From a bacterium (lineage in GTDB: Bacteria; Desulfobacterota; DSWW01), in NCBI GenBank assembly GCA_040756235.1, contig JBFLZG010000035.1, positions 1 to 19,906 of the forward strand: a stretch of 19,906 nt of DNA, given 5' to 3'. A program made the translations under genes and the position numbers. Positions 14,831-19,906 of this stretch are shown one piece after another. The notes under the pieces are model-generated. The model was not told the DNA's origin, made no database searches, and saw nothing but the letters and a program-made list of their open reading frames with translations. The stretch's first letter is position 1, and every line of letters starts with the position of its first letter.

Positions 14831-16897
14831 TTATGGCATGGCCTCCTTGGCCGGGGTGACGTCCCCTTGTCGATCAGGAGGACCTTCCGCAACGGCCGTT
14901 CGCGGGCGTCCCGCCGCCCTGGCGATGACTTCCGTCTCCAGGTAGATCTCCTCCATCCCTCCGTCAGCCCCCCGGGTCATGAAGTCCTTTCTTTCGACCT
15001 TCACCTTGGGTGCACCGGCCCCGGCCCGCAGGGCCAGATCGCGGGCCATGGCCTCCGCTTCTCCCTGTGCACAGGCGACGGCCTCTTCCGGCCGATCGAA
15101 GGTGCGGGTTCCGGAAGGCAGATAGACTTGGTACGCTCGGTCCTTGTCCGCGGGCCTGACCAGGATCCGGACCGTCTGGGCCACCCCGCCTGCCACCGTC
15201 CCGATGGCGTTTGCCACGGCCGCATGTCCGGGCACACGAAGGGCTGCGCCGATGCGGGCCGCCACGGAAGGCAGATAGGTGGAAACGGGCGCCCCGATGG
15301 CGACGAGGGGGCGCTGCAAGGAAAGGGCAAGCGCGAATAGACCTCCTGCGTCAGCGCCCAGGGCGCGGTCGATCATTCGCTGCGCCGGCCCGCCCCTGCG
15401 ATCGGCGGCCTCCAACCCTTCCTCGGCGAGCACACTGGCGATGATCGCCCGGCCGGCCTGGAGCTCGACCTGACGCACGACGCGCCTGGAGAATCCCTCC
15501 GGCGTTTCTCCGAGCTGCCCGGCCCGGAGGGCGGCCCCCAGCTCCGCGGCCTCCGCGCACCAGGGGCGGTAGAGGCCGAGGACATGGACGGCATCGGTCG
15601 GCGTGAAGGCGCTCATGGCGACCAGCCCCTGAGCCAGCAGCTCGTCCAGACAACGCCTGTACCGGGCCGGAGTCTTGACCCGGGCGAAGAGCTCGGAGAG
15701 CGCGGCCGGACCGGCGCCGATCAGGTCCCACACCTCCTGTTGTCCGGGTGTAAGGGTTCGCGGCCCGCCGCCCGGTGCTCTCTGTCTGAGGACGAACCGC
15801 CCGGGGTCGCCGCCGCAGGAGAGTGTGCCTCCGTCCGGCGGTAGGACCGCCTGAGCTCTCAACACCTCCAGCACGGACCGGTCGTGGTCGGCCAGCAGGC
15901 TCAAAGGGATCACCCGTCTCGGGCCCACGGTCAGGGCTCCGTCCCGGTCGAAGAAGACCTCGCTGTCTCCGCCCAGACCCGTGGTGCGGACGTCGACCGC
16001 CTCCACCATGATGTGCCAGTCGCCGACCCGGACGCCCTTCTCGTTCACAACGGGCCGCCCGCGGCGCACGGCAGCGATGTCCGTCGTGGTCCCGCCCATG
16101 TCGATCACGAACGCGTCGTCCGCCTCCGTGAGAAAGCACGAACCCACCACGCTGGCCGCAGGTCCGGACAGGATCGTCTCCACCGGCCGTTCCAGGGCCA
16201 TCTCGGCATCCATCAGGGACCCGTCCCCTCTGACCACCATCAGGGGAGCATGGATGCCCTGCGTGCGCAGCATCCCGCGGACGGTCTGTATCAGTTCCGC
16301 CAGCAGCGGGATGAGCCGGGCGTTCATCGCGACGGTCAAGGCGCGGCGCGGGGCATGCAGGTGCGTGGTGAGCTCGTGGCCGCACGTGACGGGCAGCCCC
16401 GTCAGGTCCCGGACGAGCTGCCGCACCCGAAGCTCGTGAGTCGCGTTGCGCACGCCGAAGAACCCGGAGACGGCGAAGGCCGATACCAGGGGCGCAAAGC
16501 GCAGCACGGCCGCACGGGCGGCCTCGATGTCCAGGGGAGCCAGCTCCTCCCCTGTCACCGTGTGTCCTCCCCGCAGGAAGACGATGCGCTCACGCGGCAC
16601 GATGCGATCGATTTCGATGCCCCGCAGCGTATCCGCTTCGTATCCCGGGAGGAGCAGGCAGACCGGGCTTCCCTGCCCCTCGACGACCGCATTCGTCGCC
16701 AGGGTGGTGGAGAGCGAAACCATGCCGATCTCCGCTGGCCGGGAGGGCAGCACCGCCTGCAGCGCCTCGTGAATCCCGACGGACAGGTCGTGCTTCGTGG
16801 TCAGGGCCTTGGCCGCGGCGAGGACCCCTTGCCCCTCATCCAGGAGCACGGCATCCGTGTAGGTGCCGCCGGTATCGATTCCCAGGAGCATGGACAT
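14831..16897 (-). CDS. Hydantoinase/oxoprolinase A-subunit-like protein (ASKHA ATPase fold)
   Basis: GIDTGGTYTD, STTLATNA, SGPAASV, IDMGGTTTD, GLGGDS, FTPTD and VANAIG. Confidence 0.9.
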   Translation of the reverse strand: MSMLLGIDTGGTYTDAVLLDEGQGVLAAAKALTTKHDLSVGIHEALQAVLPSRPAEIGMVSLSTTLATNAVVEGQGSPVCLLLPGYEADTLRGIEIDRIVPRERIVFLRGGHTVTGEELAPLDIEAARAAVLRFAPLVSAFAVSGFFGVRNATHELRVRQLVRDLTGLPVTCGHELTTHLHAPRRALTVAMNARLIPLLAELIQTVRGMLRTQGIHAPLMVVRGDGSLMDAEMALERPVETILSGPAASVVGSCFLTEADDAFVIDMGGTTTDIAAVRRGRPVVNEKGVRVGDWHIMVEAVDVRTTGLGGDSEVFFDRDGALTVGPRRVIPLSLLADHDRSVLEVLRAQAVLPPDGGTLSCGGDPGRFVLRQRAPGGGPRTLTPGQQEVWDLIGAGPAALSELFARVKTPARYRRCLDELLAQGLVAMSAFTPTDAVHVLGLYRPWCAEAAELGAALRAGQLGETPEGFSRRVVRQVELQAGRAIIASVLAEEGLEAADRRGGPAQRMIDRALGADAGGLFALALSLQRPLVAIGAPVSTYLPSVAARIGAALRVPGHAAVANAIGTVAGGVAQTVRILVRPADKDRAYQVYLPSGTRTFDRPEEAVACAQGEAEAMARDLALRAGAGAPKVKVERKDFMTRGADGGMEEIYLETEVIARAAGRPRTAVAEGPPDRQGDVTPAKEAMP

Positions 16898-16943
16898 GGT
16901 ATGCCTGTGCGAGTGGGACCGGGCGGAGTTCCCGGACAGCGGC

Positions 16944-17354
16944 CTAATATCGATCGCTCGCCCCCGCCGGCCGTCCGACGTGCCGCCGGAGCCCTTCCCG
17001 GACGGCGCGCTCGATCTTGCCGCTCTCGACCCCGCAGACGATCACGTTCAGCGTCAGGTCCACCTTTGTGAAGCTTCCGGTCAACCTTCCCTTGTAGCGG
17101 GCCTGCTCTTGGAAGGAGGTGACACTGAAGAACAGCTGGCCCGTTTCCCCGGCGTCCACGATCCCCTTGATGTGGCCGATCAAGGCGCAGCCCGCCTCCT
17201 TCAGGTCGCGCCTCAGCTCCGAGAGGAACCGGTCGACAGCCGCTCGCAGCTCTGTTTCGGACCAGGGGCCCTCGAGGATCAACGTTTCGCGCAGCCCGCA
17301 GGCCGCAAGCAGGAGGGGCCCGTCGGCCGGGTGCACGAGCTCATCGCCGCTCAT
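16944..17354 (-). CDS. Hypothetical protein with GHIKG motif, probable partner of the CobW-like GTPase
   Basis: LIGHIKG and LNVIVCG. Its ATG overlaps the GTPase stop codon (ATGA). Confidence 0.75.
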   Translation of the reverse strand: MSGDELVHPADGPLLLAACGLRETLILEGPWSETELRAAVDRFLSELRRDLKEAGCALIGHIKGIVDAGETGQLFFSVTSFQEQARYKGRLTGSFTKVDLTLNVIVCGVESGKIERAVREGLRRHVGRPAGASDRY

Positions 17355-17938
17355 CGCAGCTCGCCCATCAAGGAATCAAGATGGATCTGCTTCTCTGCGG
17401 AGATGGCAACGACCCGGGCCTTTCCGTTGAGCCCTTGCACGCTATTCCTGATGCGGTCGACCTTCGCCTCGTCGACTTCGTCGATCTTGTTGATGGCCAC
17501 GAGGTCGGCCGCACCGACCTGGGCCGCAACCAGGGGATTCATCACCTCCAGGAGCATCTCGAAGCGGGGAGCATCCACGAGGCAGAGCACCTGGATGTCA
17601 TCCACCATTGAGCCGTACCGGCGAATGGTCGGGACGATATCGCCCGGGCGGGCGACTCCGGTGGCCTCCAGGATGACTCTGTCCGGCTGAACCAGCCGGT
17701 CGAGCTTCTCGAGGGTGGTGAGGAGGTCCACGGAAAGGGTGCAGCAGACGCATCCCCCGAAGAGCTCCTGCACCTCGAGACCTTCCCGCCGAAGGTACTG
17801 CCCGTCGATCCCGACCTGGCCCACCTCGTTCTCGATGATCGCGATCTTGCGGGATGTCGTCGACAGGCGCCTGGCAACGTGCAGCAGAAGGGTCGTCTTG
17901 CCCGAGCCGAGGAAGCCGCTGATGAGCAGGAGTTTCAA
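17351..17938 (-). CDS. CobW/HypB/UreG (G3E) family P-loop GTPase, metallochaperone-like
   Basis: GFLGSGKTT, IENEVG, GGCVCC, EATGVA, INKID and ISA. TTG start. Confidence 0.92.
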   Translation of the reverse strand: MKLLLISGFLGSGKTTLLLHVARRLSTTSRKIAIIENEVGQVGIDGQYLRREGLEVQELFGGCVCCTLSVDLLTTLEKLDRLVQPDRVILEATGVARPGDIVPTIRRYGSMVDDIQVLCLVDAPRFEMLLEVMNPLVAAQVGAADLVAINKIDEVDEAKVDRIRNSVQGLNGKARVVAISAEKQIHLDSLMGELR

Positions 17939-17966
17939 GCCGGATGCCTTTCGTCTGCTCGGAGCT

Positions 17967-19094
17967 TCAACGTTTCGCAGGAACGTGATTCTTGCCTGTT
18001 TCGATGAAGGCCCTCAGGTTCTCCGGCTTGATCCGGTACGGAACGCTGCAGCCCACGTTCAGGATCAGCCCGCCGCCCCTCCCGACCTCGTCGATCAGCT
18101 TCTTGCAGTACGCCTCGACCTCCTCGGGCCCGCCGAGGGACAGCAGGGTGGGGTGCACGTCGCCGCCGATGCACAGGTGGCCCGCCAGGACCTCCTTGGC
18201 GGCAAAGATGTCCGTGGTGCCGTCCAGGTCGATGATCGCCGAGCCCTTCGGGAGCTGTTTGAAGAAAGGGATGTTCTGGTCCCAGCACTGGTCCAGATGG
18301 AACAGGCTCACGATCCCCTCCGACCACAGGGCGTCCACGATTTGCAGCGTGTAGGGCCACCAGAAGCGCTCGAAGATCCTCAGGGGGTAGAAGAAACATC
18401 CGGCCCGCTCCTCGGCGAAAAAGAAGATGTTGCTGTTGAATCCCTTGCACAGATCGATGGCAAACCGGATCCACTCGGGGACGATCCCCTTCATGGCTCT
18501 GTCGACCGCGTCGGGCCTGTAGTAGAGATCCTCCGTGAACCTCACCATCGATCGCGTCAGGGACATCCAGAAGAAGGGGTGTACGTTCGGGATGATCCCG
18601 TACGGGATCGCGCCTCGCTTCTTCACCTGCTCGATGAAGCGCGTCAGGAAGCACATGAAAGTGTTCCCCAGCTCCGCGACTTCCTCCGGCTTCTTCATGT
18701 CCGAGACGCGGAAGACGAGGTGCTCGTTCACGAATCGCTGCCAGCCGATCTCCGCGAGCAACTCATACTCCTCGGGCTTCCATACCTCTCCTTCCAGGAC
18801 CTGGTTCTCGGGCGAGCCCTCACTCGGGGGCTTGGCCCTGATGCCGCTCACGGGAAACAGCTCGGGCGGCAGGAGCCCGCCGATGCCGTCCCAACCGCCG
18901 AACTCATCGAACACCTTCAGGACCGCGTCGAGTTGGGCGTCGAAGCCCCGGGCCACGAGCTCCCAGGAATTCAGCCCGAGCAGCCTGGCTGCAGGCGCCG
19001 TATCCAGGGCAAAGGCGATCGGAACACGGTCCGTCTTCTCCAGGCGAATGGCGGCCATCAGTCTCTCTTCGGAGGTCATTGTTTCCTTGACCAT
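17967..19094 (-). CDS. Uroporphyrinogen decarboxylase-fold protein (MtaA/CmuA-like, probable corrinoid methyltransferase)
   Basis: MTSEERL..DRVP, DLYYRPD, FERFWWP, FHLD, CIGGDV, EEVEAYCKKLID, GLILNVGC and KPENL. Confidence 0.85.
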   Translation of the reverse strand: MVKETMTSEERLMAAIRLEKTDRVPIAFALDTAPAARLLGLNSWELVARGFDAQLDAVLKVFDEFGGWDGIGGLLPPELFPVSGIRAKPPSEGSPENQVLEGEVWKPEEYELLAEIGWQRFVNEHLVFRVSDMKKPEEVAELGNTFMCFLTRFIEQVKKRGAIPYGIIPNVHPFFWMSLTRSMVRFTEDLYYRPDAVDRAMKGIVPEWIRFAIDLCKGFNSNIFFFAEERAGCFFYPLRIFERFWWPYTLQIVDALWSEGIVSLFHLDQCWDQNIPFFKQLPKGSAIIDLDGTTDIFAAKEVLAGHLCIGGDVHPTLLSLGGPEEVEAYCKKLIDEVGRGGGLILNVGCSVPYRIKPENLRAFIETGKNHVPAKR

Positions 19095-19236
19095 TTCTCA
19101 TTTCCCCCGATTTCTTTCAGGCGGTGCGAAACGCCTTGCATTGTGTCCGGCGTCTAAAAGTCGGCGCCGATGTGCGCCTTGACCGCGGCGTCGTCACCCT
19201 CCCCTGGAAAGGACAGATCCGTTTTCAGACGGGTAG

Positions 19237-19266
19237 AGAATGGCAGTTAGGGTAATTGCGTGTCAA
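19237..19266 (-). promoter_or_regulatory. Putative sigma-70 promoter of the four-gene minus-strand operon
   Basis: Minus strand TTGACA-N18-CATTCT with an extended TG, implying a leader of about 135 nt. Confidence 0.5.
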
Positions 19267-19576
19267 TGAGAAACAATCCGCCGGGTTGAGACGCCTGCAC
19301 CGCCAGCCCAAGGGCCGGTCCAAGACGTTCAGGAATCGCTCTTCGCCCCTGCGGGTGCGGACCCCGTGCCCGAGCCGCAGCCGGGAGGAGGGTTGTGCCG
19401 CCGAAACGGAGGGCATTAGAGTTGAGCTTGGAGGCCGCGCGGCAAGGTTTGCGCGCGTATTTTCGGAGAGAATCGACGAGAGTGCCGTGCATGGAGTTGC
19501 CTGTTGTCGCGCTCTCTGCAGGCCACTCGAAGCGGCATCGTTCGCTGACGAAAGCCGCTCGACAAAGGGGAAAATC

Positions 19577-19906
19577 ATGACCGCTTCCACCGCTCCACCC
19601 GCGGACACATGGGCGAAGCTCCCGCTCGAGGCATGGGGCGACACGTATGCGACACTGCACCTGTGGATGCAGATCGTCGGCAAGATCCGGCTGTCCCAGA
19701 GTGCCTGGGTGAATCACTCCTGGCACGTCACCTTCTACCCGACGGCCACGGGGCTGACCACTTCGCTCATCCCGTATGGTACGCGGGCTTTCCAGATCGA
19801 TTTCGACTTTCTCGACCACCGGCTGGCCGTGCAGTCGATGGAAGGCCGGAGGGGCGGTTTTGCGCTCGAGCCGCAGTCGGTGGCCACATTCTACAGGCGC
19901 CTCATG
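19577..19906 (+). CDS. DUF5996-like conserved protein, 5' part (truncated by the window end)
   Basis: Open frame from ATG 19577 after AAGGGG: WGDTYATLHLWMQIVGKIRL...NHSWHVTFY...GLTTSLIP...FQIDFDFLDH...SVATFY. Absent from the ORF track because no stop codon is reached. Confidence 0.8.
   Translation, partial: MTASTAPPADTWAKLPLEAWGDTYATLHLWMQIVGKIRLSQSAWVNHSWHVTFYPTATGLTTSLIPYGTRAFQIDFDFLDHRLAVQSMEGRRGGFALEPQSVATFYRRLM

Noticed and set aside
16897..17969. Pyrrolysine or selenocysteine read-through joining the minus-strand genes
   Set aside because: The stop codons are not in frame with the downstream starts (gaps of 28, -4 and 46 bp).
15884..19157. Plus-strand ORFs 15884..17071 and 17715..19157
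   Set aside because: They are antisense shadows of the minus-strand operon.
19095..19235. Cobalamin or other riboswitch in the operon leader
   Set aside because: I see no B12-box or other recognisable aptamer core. An Rfam/Infernal scan would settle it.

Overview
GC-rich bacterial DNA, probably from an anaerobe (Deltaproteobacteria-like is an inference from gene content and repeat type). (1) 1-760: the 3' tail of a sigma-54 activator (Fis-type HTH), present in a 258-bp tandem duplication, then a 4 x 25-bp tandem repeat, an enhancer-like palindrome and a -24/-12 promoter. (2) 810-11225 (+): a ten-gene CoA-dependent catabolic operon: BadI/MenB-like hydrolase, PaaK-like CoA ligase, enoyl-CoA hydratase, BadH-like SDR, acyl-CoA dehydrogenase, DUF35 protein plus SCP2-type thiolase, second acyl-CoA dehydrogenase, Asp/Glu/hydantoin racemase and SDR. 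Three copies of a MITE-like repeat lie between its genes. (3) 11350-14830: REP doublets, a CDF metal transporter, a lower-GC MNT-HEPN toxin-antitoxin pair and an acetoacetate decarboxylase-like gene. (4) 14831-19094 (-): a self-contained four-gene operon (UroD/MtaA-fold protein, CobW/HypB GTPase, GHIKG-motif protein, stand-alone hydantoinase-A-like ATPase). (5) The 5' part of a DUF5996-like gene. The most interesting candidates are the ring-cleavage operon, in which both dehydrogenases have Asp in place of the catalytic Glu, its repeat-amplified enhancer region, and the four-gene methyltransferase-like operon that has no corrinoid protein gene.
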